A stretch of 64,000 nt of DNA from Octopus bimaculoides (lineage: Eukaryota), in NCBI RefSeq assembly GCF_001194135.2, contig NC_068981.1, positions 149,971,398-150,035,397 on the forward strand. Reading direction: 5' to 3'. A model generated the notes under the pieces. The model was not told the DNA's origin, made no database searches, and saw only the letters and a program-made list of their open reading frames with translations. The first letter of the stretch is position 1. Each line of letters begins with the position of its first letter. Position numbers and translations under genes: made by a program. Of the stretch, positions 62,741 to 64,000 are shown one piece after another.

Positions 62741-63689
62741 TTTAAATCACTATTTTGTCCTATACTCAAAGAACAATAATATTAAAGCCAAATAATATTC
62801 TAAGCCTCACATTGTCCGCTGTGTCATTCCTTAAAGCATACATCATTGAAACAATTCCACGGAACTGAATATATTGATATATTATCATTGCATCGAGCGA
62901 TAATGTGGCTACGAATTTCAGACAAGTTCGGCAAATGTCTTCCAAACCTCAATTCAACAACATCGTCATAAGTGAAATTGAGGAGACAAAACTGTTTAAA
63001 TGCCTGTCGTAATGACCATTGATGGGGGTTGTAACCTTGATTCCTCACCAGATTTACTACCACACCTAACCCGTGACCGACACTAGTAGAATTATCTCTA
63101 TTGCAAGCATTCAAGCAAAATCACCAGTGTCAGAATAAATAACTCCATTCCACCTAGTTTCAGAGAAACTGAAAATGTCATAGAGGCTGCTTTTTCACTC
63201 CCTGCCAAGCCTATCCAAAATTATATATAAATTATGATTAATTATAAATTATGATTAAAATTTATAAACTATAAATCATATGTTAACATCCTCTCATCTG
63301 CCTTCCGATTCTGCCAAGTTGGAGCTTTCTCTTTTATATATAGTAGATTTGAAAGGAATAAGTAGCAGCAACGTATCAATGCTTACAAATGAATTACACT
63401 TTTTCATGAGATAGTAGGGAATTACACCGAATGAAAGGAAGATACTTACCTTTCATAGTATCAACTTCTGTATTACGAAATGGTGGCTTTTACTTAATTT
63501 TTCATTTTCGTAAGTACTAATAATATAGTATTCCATCAACTATAGTTTACCAAACCAGCCTTAACTTTCTTCTTAAATTAGAAGCCAACATTTTTTTACA
63601 ATTTCCTGAGTAACTGTTACCGACTGTCTAAAATATCTCTGAGAATCCTTGATGCATTGGGCAAAATGTATAGCGATCTATGCATTCTT

Positions 63690-63850
63690 CTGGCTCCTTT
63701 TGTTGTGAGTTCAATTACCACCGAAGTCAATATTGCCTTTCATATTTTCGAGATTCATAAAATGGAGTACTGGTCAAGTATTGGAGACGATGTTGTCGAA
63801 TTAACCCTTCCCCCTAAAATTGATAACTTTGTGCCAAAACTTAATAGCAT
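63690..63850 (+). mobile_element. SINE A fragment (old)
   Basis: GAGTTCAATTACCACCGAAGTCAATATTGCCTTTCATA...CTTTGTGCCAAAA. Confidence 0.6.
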
Positions 63851-64000
63851 TATTATTAAAACATCCAGAGGACAATTCTGAACGTACGAAATTACACCAT
63901 AAGATGCGAAAGCTTTCAAGAATGAGGCCTTAAGGGATAATAAAGTCGTTTTCAGGATGCAACATGATGTACAAAGAAATTTTCCACGAACATCGAGTAT

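Overview
Eukaryotic, AT-rich, microsatellite-dense DNA from a draft assembly with 11 N-gaps, most of them at (TA)n or (CA)n tracts. The SINE families and repeat landscape look like those of an octopus/coleoid genome (inference from recalled repeat sequences, not from a database search). I find no intact protein-coding gene; nearly all ORFs in the track are microsatellite or N-gap artefacts, so the window is intergenic or intronic. It is a transposon graveyard: at least two tRNA-derived SINE families (about 20 copies or fragments), two mariner remnants, one DD37D-like Tc1/mariner remnant, two hAT elements with TIRs and 8-bp TSDs, a probable Helitron, a piggyBac-like MITE, and decayed LINE fragments (CR1/Jockey-like 3' end, APE endonuclease, R4/Dong-like). 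The most unusual structure is at 51616-52700. A tRNA-like Pol III head is followed by (AAT)n and a minimal hammerhead-ribozyme motif (CUGAUGA-A-GGCUG...UAGCC-GAAAC-GUU). An inverted, internally deleted copy of the same unit lies upstream, and a 554-bp segment is inserted in the (AAT)n tract. This is a candidate tRNA-headed, hammerhead-carrying SINE/retrozyme that may be mobilised by Penelope-like elements.
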